A DNA stretch of 64,000 nucleotides from an uncultured Gemmatimonadaceae bacterium (GCA_963829055.1 CAWHHI010000011.1:576001-640000); one strand, 5' to 3'. Shown: positions 41,552 to 52,754, counted from the stretch's first letter. Translations and numbers: made by a program. Notes: generated by a model not told the origin, from the letters alone.

Positions 41552-42525
41552 GCGCCATGACGTGGGCGGGTAGCATCTTCGACACGGCTGGAAGCCAGGC
41601 GGAACGCATCGCGCGGCTCGCATGGTTCATCATCACCGTGTCGACCATCGTGTACGTGCTCGTGCTCGCGGCCACCGCGCTCGCGGTACGTCGCGCACGC
41701 GCGCGCACTGCGCGCGGTGATCTCGCTGATCAGGCGCCGGAGACCGAGCGCCGCCTCACGCGGCATGTGCTCATCGCGACGGGCGTGAGCACGATTCTCC
41801 TGCTCGTGTACGTCACGGTCACCGCGCAGACCGGACGCGCGATCGCGTGGCCCATGAACTCCACGCAACAACCGCTCACGGTCGAGGTCACAGGGCATCA
41901 GTGGTGGTGGGAGTTCCGCTATCGCGACTCCGTTCCGAGCAACTGGCTCAGCACGTCGAACGAGCTGCACATCCCCGTCGGGCGGCCCGTCCGGGTGATC
42001 CTGTTGTCGAACGACGTCATTCACAGCTTCTGGGTGCCCGAGCTGCACGGCAAGCAGGACGCGATTCCCGGCCACCGGAACACGACGTGGCTGCAGGCGG
42101 ATCGCCCCGGCGTGTGGAAGGCGCGGTGCGCGGAGTTCTGCGGCTACCAGCACGCGAAGATGGCGTTCGACGTCGTCGCCGAGTCGCCCGCGCGCTTCAA
42201 TCAGTGGTACGTGAGCCAGCTCGCGTCGGCGTCGCCGCCAACTGACACGTCGGCAAAGCGCGGGCAGGACGTCTTCGTGCAGCGCACGTGCGTCATGTGC
42301 CACACGATCAGCGGAACGCCGGCCGGTAGCCGTGTGGGTCCCGAGCTGTCACACCTCGCGACGCGCCCGTCGATCGCCGCTGGCTCCCTGCCTAACACGC
42401 GCGAGAACCTGAGCCGCTGGATTCTCAACCCTCAACTCATCAAGCCCGGCGTGCACATGCCGCCGAATCCGCTGCCGCCGTCCGAGATGAATGCGTTGCT
42501 CGATTACCTGGAGACACTCAAGTGA
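41548..42525 (+). CDS. coxB: Cytochrome c oxidase subunit II with fused cytochrome c (caa3-type)
   Basis: GHQWWWEFRY, DVIHSFWVP, CuA CAEFCGYQHAKM, heme CVMCH. Confidence 0.95.
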   Translation: MSAMTWAGSIFDTAGSQAERIARLAWFIITVSTIVYVLVLAATALAVRRARARTARGDLADQAPETERRLTRHVLIATGVSTILLLVYVTVTAQTGRAIAWPMNSTQQPLTVEVTGHQWWWEFRYRDSVPSNWLSTSNELHIPVGRPVRVILLSNDVIHSFWVPELHGKQDAIPGHRNTTWLQADRPGVWKARCAEFCGYQHAKMAFDVVAESPARFNQWYVSQLASASPPTDTSAKRGQDVFVQRTCVMCHTISGTPAGSRVGPELSHLATRPSIAAGSLPNTRENLSRWILNPQLIKPGVHMPPNPLPPSEMNALLDYLETLK

Positions 42526-44456
42526 CCGCGCAACCCGTACCCGCCGAATCCGCGCCACGCGATGTGGCTGACGAATCGGTCCACGCTCGTCTGGAACGCG
42601 TCTGGGCAAACAAGCCCGGACTGTGGGGCTGGATCACGTCCGTCAATCACAAGTCGATCGCGCTCCGCTCCATCATCACCGCGTTCGCGTTCTTCGCCCT
42701 CGCCGGTGTGGAAGCCGCGCTCATCCGCGTTCAGCTCGCGCGCCCCGAGAATTCGCTCATCGGCCCCGACCGGTACAACCAGCTGTTCACGGTGCACGGA
42801 TCGACGATGATGTTCCTGTTCGCCGTGCCCGTCGTGCAGTCGGTCGCGCTGTACCTCGTGCCGATGATGATCGGCACGCGCAACGTCGCCTTCCCGCGTC
42901 TCAACGCGTTCGGGTACTGGACGTACCTGATCGGCGGCGTGCTGCTGTACGTCGGGCTGTTCACGAACACCGGCCCGGACCAGGGGTGGTTCAGCTACCC
43001 GCCGCTCGCGGGGCCCGAGTTCTCGCCGGGTAAGCGCGTCGACATCTGGGCGCAGATGATCACGTTCACGGAGATCGCGGCGATCGTCGCCGCCATCGAG
43101 ATCATCGCGACGGTCTTCAAGCAGCGCGCGCCCGGCATGTCGCTCAATCGCGTACCGCTGTTCGTCTGGGCGATGGTCATCATGTCGTTCATGGTGCTCG
43201 TCGCGATGCCATTCGTCGCGACCGCCAGCATGATGCTGGCGATGGATCGGCTCATCGCGACGCAGTTCTTCAATCCGGCCGAAGGCGGCGATGCGCTGCT
43301 CTGGCAGCACCTGTTCTGGTTCTTCGCGCATCCCGAGGTCTACATCATCTTCATCCCGGCGCTCGGGATGGTGTCGTCCATCGTCGCGACGTTCTCGCGA
43401 CGGCCGGTGTTCGGCTACACCGCGATCGTGCTCTCGATGGTGTCGGTGGCGTTCCTGTCGTTCGGACTGTGGGTGCACCACATGTTCGCGACGCCGCTTC
43501 CGCAGACCGGCCAGAGCTTCTTCACGGCCGCGAGCGCGATGATCGCGATCCCGACCGGCGTCCAGATCTTCTGCTGGATCGCGACGATCTGGGCCGGACG
43601 ACCGCGCTTCACGACGCCGATGCTGTTCGTCGTCGGCTTCATCGCGCTGTTCACCATCGGCGGACTGTCCGGGCTCATGATCGCCGCGGTTCCGGTCGAC
43701 CTGCAGCTCACCGACACGTTCTTCCTCCCGGGTCACATCCACTACGTGCTGCTCGGCGGCATGGTGTTCCCGTTGTTAGGCGGCGTGTTCTACTGGTTCC
43801 CAAAGATCACCGGGCGGATGCTCAGCGAGTCACTCGGCAAGCTGAGCTTCTGGCTGCTGTTCGTCGGCGTGAACGTCACGTTCTTCCCGCAGCTGTTGTT
43901 AGGCATGGCCGGCATGCCGCGGCGCATCTACACGTACAGCGCGGACACAGGCTGGGGCCCGCTGAACATGACGTCCAGCGTGGGCGCCGCGCTGCTCGCG
44001 CTTGGCATCATCGTTCTCGTCGTGAACATCGCCCGCGCACTCGCGTCCGAGCCTAACGCCGGCGCGGACCCATGGGGCGGTGAGACGCTCGAGTGGGCCA
44101 TGAGCTCGCCCGCGCCCGACTATAACTTCGCCTACATCCCGATCGTGCACGGACGCAGCGCCCTGTGGGCCGATACAGGTCCGCTCGAGGCCGTGTCCGG
44201 CCTGCGAGAGGACCGCCGCGAGGTGCTGGAGACGACGATGCTCGACGCGGAGCCCGACGCGCGCCACGAGCACCCCGATCCGACGATCACACCGCTGCTC
44301 GCCGCCATCGCGGTCGGCATCACGCTGATCTGGGGCATCTTCGACCCAATCGCGTTCGCTGTCGGTGGCGTACTGACGTTCTTCGCCCTGGTCGCGTGGG
44401 GATGGCCCAGGCGAGAGAAGCCGAACACGCGTGAGATCGTGGAGACACCGCAATGA
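42522..44456 (+). CDS. ctaD: Cytochrome c oxidase subunit I (A1-type)
   Basis: NHK, HGSTMMFLF, AFPRLN, WFFAHPEVY, WVHHMF, GHIHYV, GMPRRIY. Confidence 0.95.
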   Translation: MTAQPVPAESAPRDVADESVHARLERVWANKPGLWGWITSVNHKSIALRSIITAFAFFALAGVEAALIRVQLARPENSLIGPDRYNQLFTVHGSTMMFLFAVPVVQSVALYLVPMMIGTRNVAFPRLNAFGYWTYLIGGVLLYVGLFTNTGPDQGWFSYPPLAGPEFSPGKRVDIWAQMITFTEIAAIVAAIEIIATVFKQRAPGMSLNRVPLFVWAMVIMSFMVLVAMPFVATASMMLAMDRLIATQFFNPAEGGDALLWQHLFWFFAHPEVYIIFIPALGMVSSIVATFSRRPVFGYTAIVLSMVSVAFLSFGLWVHHMFATPLPQTGQSFFTAASAMIAIPTGVQIFCWIATIWAGRPRFTTPMLFVVGFIALFTIGGLSGLMIAAVPVDLQLTDTFFLPGHIHYVLLGGMVFPLLGGVFYWFPKITGRMLSESLGKLSFWLLFVGVNVTFFPQLLLGMAGMPRRIYTYSADTGWGPLNMTSSVGAALLALGIIVLVVNIARALASEPNAGADPWGGETLEWAMSSPAPDYNFAYIPIVHGRSALWADTGPLEAVSGLREDRREVLETTMLDAEPDARHEHPDPTITPLLAAIAVGITLIWGIFDPIAFAVGGVLTFFALVAWGWPRREKPNTREIVETPQ

Positions 44457-45106
44457 CGGTCGTCGGCCAGATCCCCGCGGATACGGCGAGCGCGGCCGCA
44501 CGACCGCTGCGTCCGGTCTTCGACGCGAGCGAGCTGCCGAGCGTTGCGTTTGGGAGCCGGACGGTGACCTGGTGGGGAACCGTCGGCTTCATGGTCGCCG
44601 AGACGGCGACGCTGGCCGCGTGCGTCGCTGCCTACTACTACGTGCGCCGCAACTTCAACGCGTGGCCACCGCTGCACACGCCGCTGCCCGATCTGCTCAT
44701 CCCGACGATCAGTCTCGTCGTGCTGATCCTCTCGGTGATCCCCTGCTACCTCTTCGCGAAAGCGTCGGAGCGGCTCGACGAAGCGGCGACGAAGCGGTGG
44801 ATGTGGATCGCGGTCGTCGTCATGATGGCGGCGACAGCGCTGCGGTTCCTCGAGTTCGGAGCGCTCAACGTACGCTGGGACGCGAATGCGTACGCGTCCG
44901 TTGCGTGGGCGATCGTCTTCGCGCACTTCACGCTCCTGCTCGCCGATACGCTCGAGACGCTGGTGTTCGCCGTCATTCTGACACGCGGTGACGCGCCGCC
45001 GCGCTTTTTCCCCGGCTTCGCCGAGGACGCGTTCTACACGTACTTCATGGTGCTGGCGTGGATTCCGTGTTACGTGACGGTGTACCTCGTGCCGCACTGG
45101 GTCTGA
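44453..45106 (+). CDS. Cytochrome c oxidase subunit III-like protein
   Basis: WWGTVGFMVAE, WPP, RFLEF, NAYASVAW; operon context. Confidence 0.8.
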   Translation: MTVVGQIPADTASAAARPLRPVFDASELPSVAFGSRTVTWWGTVGFMVAETATLAACVAAYYYVRRNFNAWPPLHTPLPDLLIPTISLVVLILSVIPCYLFAKASERLDEAATKRWMWIAVVVMMAATALRFLEFGALNVRWDANAYASVAWAIVFAHFTLLLADTLETLVFAVILTRGDAPPRFFPGFAEDAFYTYFMVLAWIPCYVTVYLVPHWV

Positions 45107-45109
45107 CGC

Positions 45110-45505
45110 ATGGCCACTGTCGACGTTCGCCCCGAAGCGCCACCGCGTGAGCATCCACCGGTGTCCGATACCGCGCTCTGGGTCTCGGTGCTCACCGGTC
45201 CGCTCGTGTTCCTGCTCAACCTCCAGATCAACTACGTCATGGTGGATTGGGCGTGCAACACCGGCAACGACTGGTCGCTGCACGTCGTTCACCTGGTGTG
45301 CCTTGTTGTCTCGGCCGCTGCCGGGTTCCTCGGCTTCTCGATGTGGAGACGCATCGGGGCAGAGTGGCCCGACCCCGGCGCCGGGTCGGTGTCTCGGTCG
45401 CGATTGCTGGCCATGGTCGGGGCGTTAGGCGGGGCGCTGTTCGCCATCAGCATCTTCGCGCAGTGGATCACGGTGATGGTCCTCGGCACGTGTCCCCGGG
45501 CCTGA
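45110..45505 (+). CDS. Small membrane protein in the oxidase operon
   Basis: Three TM helices with Cys residues; operon position. Confidence 0.7.
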   Translation: MATVDVRPEAPPREHPPVSDTALWVSVLTGPLVFLLNLQINYVMVDWACNTGNDWSLHVVHLVCLVVSAAAGFLGFSMWRRIGAEWPDPGAGSVSRSRLLAMVGALGGALFAISIFAQWITVMVLGTCPRA

Positions 45506-46419
45506 TCGTCTTCGCACACATCGGCGCACCGCTCCGGCCACACGATCTGTGGCGAGCGTGGACGTTCGAACCGGTGACGATCGTTCTGCTCGTGCTTTCC
45601 GCCGGGATGTACGCGCGTGGGCTGACGCGCCTCTGGCACGCGGCAGGTGTTGCGCGTGGCGTGCGTCGCCGCGACGCATGGGCCTTCGCGGCCGGGTGGA
45701 CGCTGCTGGCCCTCGCGCTCCTGTCACCACTCCACGCGCTCGGCGGCGTGCTGTTCTCGGCCCACATGACGCAGCACGAGCTGCTGATGACCGTGGCGGC
45801 GCCACTGTTGGTGTTAGGCAGACCGCTCATTCCATTCGTCTGGGCGCTCTCGCCGCGGTGGCGGAGGATCAGCGGACGCTGGGTGAGCGCGCGCGTAGTC
45901 GCGCAGCCATGGCACGTGCTGACTCATCCGGCGAGCGCGTTCCTGCTCCATGGAGCAGCGATCTGGTTCTGGCATCTGCCGTCACTCTATGATGCGACCG
46001 TCGAGAGTGAGCTCATGCACACGGCGCAACACCTGAGCTTCGTGCTCACCGCATTGCTGTTCTGGTGGGTGGTACTTCAGCCAAGTGGCGTGCGTGGTGG
46101 CGCGCCTGCGTCTATCGGAATGCTGTTCGGCACCGTGCTGCATACTGGAGCGCTCGGTGCGCTCCTCACGCTGACGTCGCGGCTCATCTACTCCGCGTAC
46201 GCGACGACGACGGGACCATGGGGCCTCACGCCAGTCGAGGACCAGCAGCTCGGCGGCATCATCATGTGGGTGCCCGGCGGACTGGCGTACGTCGTCGCGG
46301 CGCTGGCCCTGGTGGTGAGGATGCTTCGTGAGTCGGAGCACCGCGTCGCGCGACGCGAGTTGGCACGTGCATCGACATTCGATGCAGGGCAGTCGCATTC
46401 TGGCTGGGACCCCATTTGA
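45490..46419 (+). CDS. ctaG: caa3-type cytochrome c oxidase assembly factor (CtaG family)
   Basis: LSPLH...LFSAHMTQHELLM..AAPLL, WHLP.LYD, QHLSF, DQQLGGIIMWVPG. Confidence 0.88.
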   Translation: MSPGLIVFAHIGAPLRPHDLWRAWTFEPVTIVLLVLSAGMYARGLTRLWHAAGVARGVRRRDAWAFAAGWTLLALALLSPLHALGGVLFSAHMTQHELLMTVAAPLLVLGRPLIPFVWALSPRWRRISGRWVSARVVAQPWHVLTHPASAFLLHGAAIWFWHLPSLYDATVESELMHTAQHLSFVLTALLFWWVVLQPSGVRGGAPASIGMLFGTVLHTGALGALLTLTSRLIYSAYATTTGPWGLTPVEDQQLGGIIMWVPGGLAYVVAALALVVRMLRESEHRVARRELARASTFDAGQSHSGWDPI

Positions 46420-46693
46420 TGTCGGAAATCATCACGGAGTCCCTGTTGGGCGTAGATGCCGCCAGTGAAGCCATCGCCGAGTCGCCCTGCGTCACACCCC
46501 ATGTCGTCAGGCGGCTCGTGGCACGTGCATGGTGGCTCGTGTGTCTGCTACCTGCCGCGGTCCTGCTCGCCGTCGCCATGTCGCGCGGATGAAACACGTC
46601 CTCGACTAGTCAGGCCCGTGCCGGCACGAGACACGCGATTGCGAGCGATGAACCTACCCGAGTGATCGATGCCGCCATATCAAGCCGTCGCGG

Positions 46694-47542
46694 ATGCCAA
46701 GGCGGATGAGCGCCGTGAGCCGCCACCGGACCAAGGGTCCGGAGCTCGAGGAGAAGGAAAAGAAGAAGGCGGACGAGGAGGAGTCGCTCAACGCGAGCAT
46801 CACCTACGAGGTGATTCGCCGCGAGGGCGAGACGGAGCTCGAGCGTTCACCGCAGGCGCTCGCCTGGTCGGGGCTCGCGGCCGGGCTTTCCATGGGGTTC
46901 ATCCTCGTCGCGGAGGGATTACTCCGCTCGCACCTGCCTGACGCGCCGTGGCGGCCGCTCGTCGCGAAGCTCGGCTACAGCGTCGGCTTTCTCATCGTGA
47001 TTCTGGGGAGTCAGCAGCTGTACACCGAGAATACGCTCACGCCGATCGTCCCGCTGCTGACGCGGAAGTCCGGCGAGATGCTTGGCCGCGTGCTGCGACT
47101 GTGGGCGATCGTGCTCGTGACGAATCTCGTGGGCACGATCGTGTTCGCGTGGGTGCTGGCGCGAACGACACTGTTCGACCCCGAGGTACACGTCGCGTTT
47201 CTGGGCGTAGCGAGCGAGGCGCTTCGCGGGGAGTTCGCCACGACGTTCCTGCGCGCGATCTTCGCCGGCTGGCTCATTGCGCTGATGGTCTGGATGCTGC
47301 CGGCGTCACAGCAGGAGCAGGTGCCGGTGATCGTGGGGATGACGTACCTCGTGGGCGTCGCGGGTCTGGCGCACATCATCGCGGGGTCGACGGAGGTGGC
47401 GTACCTGGTCGCGCGTGGCGCGGCGACGTGGGGGGACTACTTCGGCCGGTTCGTGATTCCGACCGCGTTGGGTAATACGTTAGGCGGGGTGACGCTCGTC
47501 GCCGCGCTCAATCATGCCCAGGTAGTTGGTGGGAAGGATTGA
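46694..47542 (+). CDS. Formate/nitrite transporter family (YfdC-like)
   Basis: EGETELER, SGLAAGLSMG, LYTENT, AGWLIALMVW, HIIAGS, GNTLGG. Confidence 0.9.
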   Translation: MPRRMSAVSRHRTKGPELEEKEKKKADEEESLNASITYEVIRREGETELERSPQALAWSGLAAGLSMGFILVAEGLLRSHLPDAPWRPLVAKLGYSVGFLIVILGSQQLYTENTLTPIVPLLTRKSGEMLGRVLRLWAIVLVTNLVGTIVFAWVLARTTLFDPEVHVAFLGVASEALRGEFATTFLRAIFAGWLIALMVWMLPASQQEQVPVIVGMTYLVGVAGLAHIIAGSTEVAYLVARGAATWGDYFGRFVIPTALGNTLGGVTLVAALNHAQVVGGKD

Positions 47543-47574
47543 TTGCCGACAAGACAGATGGTTCATCTCGAGGT

Positions 47575-47834
47575 CCAACAGCGACGCAGAAGACGCAGGC
47601 GGGCGCTCGCGGGCGCAACGCAGAAGGACGCAGAAACTGCAACACTCCTATGGGGACAGGCCCTGTTGCCGGTCAGGCCACGAAAAACGGGGAACCGCTT
47701 CGGGCGAGCCAATGCGTCCCGAGGTCGTCCCCCTTTTCAAAGCTTGGCGCACCGCGACTGTCCCGAGCGGCTGTTTTCCTGCGTCCTTCTGCGTTGCGCG
47801 CAGAGCGCGCCTGCGTATTCTGCGTCGCTGTTGG
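47575..47834. repeat. Palindromic MITE-like element, family B
   Basis: Same TIR and internal layout as 29130-29388; between convergent genes. Confidence 0.88.
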
Positions 47835-47847
47835 AGGCGCGACGCAA

Positions 47848-48819
47848 CTATGCGGACCACGCCGTCGGACGCCGGTCCCACCGATGTGATCGCAAACGCG
47901 ACACGAGCTCGGGGTCCAGCGGGCCGCGGTCGCTCGCCCTGATGTTCGCCTGGACGTGTGGGACGCGGCGCATGCCCGGGATGACCGTCGCGACGTCGGC
48001 GTTCGCGAGAATAAATCGCAGCGCCAACTCAGGCAGAGTCGACCCCTGCGGTACGAGCGGTGTGAGCGCATCCACGCGATCCATCGTCGGGCCGAGGTTC
48101 TCGGGGCCGAAGTAGATCCGCCGGAAGTCGCCTTGGGGGAACTGCGTCTCCCTCGTTAGGTGGCCCGTCAGCGAGCCTTCGTCGAAGGGAACCCGCGCGA
48201 TCACCGCGATGCCGAGCTCGCGACACAGCGGGAAGAGCTCATCTTCCGGCGCCTGGTCGAAGATGTTGTAGATGACCTGCACGGCGTCGATGAGACCCGT
48301 GCGCAGCGTCTCGAGGCCGTTCTCCGGTTCCCAGCGGTTGACGCTGATGCCCGCGCCGCCGATGAGCCCTTCGCGCTTCAGGTCTTCGATCACGCGCTGC
48401 CAGCGGTCGTCGCGCGCCCACGCGTCTTCCCAGACGTGGAACTGCAGCAGATCCACCGACTCGAGGCCGAGATTCTCGAGGCTGGACTCGGCGTAGCGGC
48501 GGATGTGATCGGGCGGAAACACGTCGTCGAGTGAGAACTCCGGACGCGACGGCCACGTCCGGTTCTTCGGCGGAACCTTTGTCGCCGTGTACAGGCGCTG
48601 GTCGGGATGCGCCCGCACGAGCTCGCCGAGGAAGCGCTCGCTGCGGCCGTCGCCGTACGCCCATGCGGTGTCGAAGAAGTTGCACCCGAGACGCACCGCT
48701 TCGTCGAGCGCCTGACGAGTCAGGTCATCGTCGGACCCGGTCCAGCCAGCGAGCCCCCACATGCCGTAGCCGACTTCGCTGACCTTCCAGCCCAGTCGGC
48801 CGAACGTCCGATATTGCAT
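47848..48819 (-). CDS. Aldo/keto reductase
   Basis: YRTFGRLG..VSEVGYG, FFDTAWAYGDGRSE, ATK, DLLQFH, YNIFDQ, VIPG. Confidence 0.93.
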   Translation of the reverse strand: MQYRTFGRLGWKVSEVGYGMWGLAGWTGSDDDLTRQALDEAVRLGCNFFDTAWAYGDGRSERFLGELVRAHPDQRLYTATKVPPKNRTWPSRPEFSLDDVFPPDHIRRYAESSLENLGLESVDLLQFHVWEDAWARDDRWQRVIEDLKREGLIGGAGISVNRWEPENGLETLRTGLIDAVQVIYNIFDQAPEDELFPLCRELGIAVIARVPFDEGSLTGHLTRETQFPQGDFRRIYFGPENLGPTMDRVDALTPLVPQGSTLPELALRFILANADVATVIPGMRRVPHVQANIRASDRGPLDPELVSRLRSHRWDRRPTAWSA

Positions 48820-48979
48820 GATCCGATGACCTAACGAGAACGGTGAGCGCCTGCGAACGGGGCGGGAATCTGAAAGCTAGCAGAAGCGCTAGCAGCAAGG
48901 CGACCAGCGACCAGCACGAGCGACCAGCCACAAGCTGCAGTGATCAGTTCCCGTTGCGGTTCCCCGTTCCCGGTTCCCG

Positions 48980-51900
48980 CTACGGTCTCGGCCGTCGGTT
49001 CTGTCCACCCTGCTGCTGTCCCGCGTTCTTGATGCGGTCCGGCAACCGCGCCCACTGCTCCGCCGTCAATATCGCCTCCGCCTCGGCTACCGCCTTCTGG
49101 GCATTTGCTCGGCCCTCCTCGAGTTTCGGCCGCAGCGCGCCGAACAGCGCTCCCGGATCCGGGTTCGCGCCCGCCTTCTCGATCTCCTTTCGCACCTCCT
49201 CCGATACGCGCTGATTTCTCGCATCGAGCGAGTCGCGCAGCGTCGTTAGGCGAACGGTCTGCGAATCCGTGAGCGCGATCGAGTCCTTGCGCGCCAGGAT
49301 CTGCGTGATCGGGTTCGGGAGCACGCGCTCGAATCGCGACGCGAAATTGCCCGGGCCTCCGGGGCCGCCGGTTCGCCCAACGCCGCGTTGCGCGAGTGCG
49401 CCGCGGACGAGATCGCGCGTGCGATCCGGTCCGAGCGTGTAGCGTGCCTGGAAGCCGATCTGAAACGGCAGAACAACGCTTCCCTGCCCACTTCTCTGTG
49501 CGCCGAAGCGCTCGTTCACCTGATAGAGATACCGCTCCGACGACGCGTCGAACCCGCGCACGTACAACAGCGTCGGGTCACCTGCGCGGAAGCTTCCCCA
49601 ACCCTGCAGGTTTTTCTGACCATTGAACAGCTGATCGATGCCGCCGAGGAAGTTGACCGTCGTCACCGAGAGCATGAGGCGTCGGTCGAGTCCGAGCGCG
49701 CGCGGACGGTAGTTCACCTGAAAATCGAGCGACGGCTGCCACGGACCCGTGCACGAGTTGCGACCCGCCACGGCACCGATCTGCGAGCGCAGGCAATCAG
49801 CGACGCTGGAGGAGCTCTTGTCGATGAGCCGCTGCATCGCGTTCGCCACGCCTGTATCGGCCGTGGCGCTCGGGATCGAAAACGAACGCGCGGTCGTTGC
49901 GTGCGCCGTCGGCGTTGATGTCCGACGCGACGATCGGTGTGAACGGCGCACCCGAGGACAGACGCGCAATCGTCGTGAGCTCGAGCCCTTCGTTGAACGG
50001 ATACGTCACCGTCCCCACGATCGAGTGTCGCCGATCGAAGTTGCTCGGCGCCCATTCCCGGACGTTCGGATCGCCGGCGGTTGTTGCCGAAGCGAAGCCA
50101 CCGGTTGCGGAGCCGCCGCCCGCGGAGGATTGATCGCGCGATCGCCCGAGCGTGTACGACACGTTGAAGATCGCGCCCGAGCGCGTGATGCCGTTCGCGC
50201 CCACCGTCACCTGTTCGCTGTGCGACGCGAGATCCGACCCTACCGCGATCACCTGACCATACTGCGGCGCGATTCGGGACGAGGCGATCGACACAACGCC
50301 CGTCGCCGGCACGATGGCCGACGCGTCCGCGAAGACCGGTCGCCCACCTTCCGCCGCGAGTCCGAATCGCGGCGTGACGTTCAGATTCAGATCGCGGAAG
50401 CCGTACTGGTTCACGCCGCGCGCATAGTTCGCGTCCACGGACAGCTGCATGCGATCGAAGACTCGTCGCTGAGCACCTAACGACGCGCGCCATGCGCGCG
50501 GCGCGCCGAAATTCGGGTCGAACACCGTCACGTTAGGCCGAGCAGTCGTGGGAGGCGTGTTGACGGTGCCGCCGGCACAGGTGGCGGGGATGTCCGAGGC
50601 ATCACCCGACAGATTGTCCCAGTTCGGCGCCGGAACGAACGCGCCGATGCAGTAGAGCTGCGATTCGGACAGCAACAGCCCGGTCGCGTTCTGTGCCGCC
50701 GAGTAGAGCGATGTCGGAATGACGCTCCGGAACTCTCCGATGCCACCGCGGATGATGACGGGCGTCGTCTGGGCGGCTGTGGCGTTAGGCCTGGCGCCGT
50801 TTCCACCGCCGGCAGCGCCTCCACCACCTCCTCGCCGTCCGCCGCCAGGACCGCCGCCTCCGAACCCGCCAGCACCAAAGCCCCCGCCCGTTCCGGCTCC
50901 TCCCAACGCCCATGTGAAACCGACGCGCGGGCTCACACGCACGTCGGTCGGGATCTCGTCTGTCCGGTAGCCGAAGAGCTGCTCGACCGCCGGGTTGTAC
51001 GCCGGTGCGCCGTTGAACTGCGATCGCTCGAGGCGTGCGCCGTACGTGAGTTGCAGCGAGCGTGATTGCCGCCACGTGTCACCCATGTACACCGCGGAGT
51101 TGACGCTCGTGCCGCTTCGGATGCGCGGCGACAGGGTGCGGGTGAAGCTCGACGGGCGGTTGGCCTCGAGATCCTCGAGCGAGTTGAACGTGTACGTCCC
51201 AAGGCGGTTCGTCGTCATGTTCTGGTCGAACCGCGATCCGCTGAACAGCAGCCCGAGCTTGATCCGGTGATCGCCGTTGCCGGACAGCCAGGAGAGCTCG
51301 TCCGAGAGGTCGAGGCTCCTCGTGTGCGACCACTGCGGTAGCCCGGCGTTGCCGCCGAACACGAGCGTCGTGATGGACCGCGCATCGGTGAGGTCCGAGT
51401 TCACCTGCACGCGTCCCGCCGGCAGAACGGCGAACGGGTCGGAGTGGCGTTGGTCGGTCTGCCCGTACGCGCGCAGCTCGTTGATGAATCTGCCGGCGAA
51501 GTTCGATGACAGCACCGCCATCACGCCGCCGCCACTGCTCTGCTGGTTTCCGCCCGTCTGCGGGAGCGAGAGTGTGCCGACGCGGGTCGGATCCTGACCG
51601 GTTCCGCGAAAGTCGCCGCGCAGCGTTAGGGTATGCCCATTCGACGCGAGCCAGTCCACGCGCACGAGCGAGGAATACGTATCCGCATCCCGGCTATCGT
51701 CGAGCCCAGTGGTCGTCGAGAGGCCGAAGCCCTGGACGATGGAGAAGAACCGATCGACGGAGTCCTGGCTGACGCCAGCCCGCTCGAGCGTCGCGGCATC
51801 GGCATTCACGAGTGACGGAACGGCGTCGATGCGACGCCTGACCTGCATCGAGCCGAACACGAACAGCTTGTCCTTCACGATGGGTCCACCGAGACCGCCG

Positions 51901-52754
51901 CTCAGCTGGTTCTGCGTGTAGCCACGGTTGAACGACGTCTCGTCGCCGGCTTCCCACGCGAGCTGGTCATCGCGCAGCGAATAGTTGAACGAGCCCTGCT
52001 TGAAGTTGCTGCCGCTGCGCGTCGTGGACGCGATCTGCCCGCCGGAAAACTGTCCGCGCGCGACATCGTAGCTGCTCGTGATGACGCGAGTGTTGCGCAC
52101 CGCGTCCTGCGGTATGGTGGACGCGCCGAACGTTAGGCCATCGAGCGTCACGCTGTTCGCGTCCGGTCGCTGGCCCGCGACGGAGAATGCCGACGCGGTG
52201 GAATCAGTGCCTTCGATGCCGACGACGCCGGGCGCGAGTGTCGCGAGCAGCGCGAGATCGGTCGGGTCGATGGGCAGCCGTGCGACCTGATCGGGCGTCA
52301 GATTTCGCTCTTGCGACCCGGGCGTCGGGCGGTCGGGGACGTCGCGCGGTGTTGGTCGAGCGCGCACGACGACGCCCTGGATCTGCGTCGGGTTCTGCGA
52401 CAGCTGCACGTTCGTGACGAGCCGGTCTTCATCGGCGACGTGCGCAACGTTGAGCGTCGCCGGCGCCATGCCGAGGAACTTGACGGTGAGCTGGTACTGC
52501 CCACCACCGTCAGGGAAGAGGATGGTGTACCGCCCGTCGGAGTTCGTGCGTGTGCGCCGCGTGACCTGGGTCTCGACCGACTTGGCTTCGACCGTAGCGC
52601 CCGGAATCGGAGCGCCGGCGGGATTGCTGACGACGCCGGTGAGAATGTCGGTCGTCGATCCAACCTGAGCGGCGGCGCGCGTGGATGAAAGCGAGAGCAG
52701 GCACAAGAGAGCAACGAGCGGAACAAACCACTCACGACGTCGAGAGCGATGCAT
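48980..52754 (-). CDS. TonB-dependent receptor-like (Oar/carboxypeptidase-regulatory domain) OM protein with C-terminal helical extension (frameshift near 49870)
   Basis: Signal peptide; GVV..PAGAPIPGATV..TNSDGRY; plug LAPGV..FSVAGQR..N..TLDG..YDVARGQFSGG; SPRVGFTW; DINADG..NDRAF. Confidence 0.85.

Noticed and set aside
50475..50538. attC-like pair ACCTAAC...GTTAGGC (also 22110-22227)
   Set aside because: Both pairs lie inside intact coding regions, lack clear L boxes, and there is no integrase or cassette array; expected by chance given the motif density.
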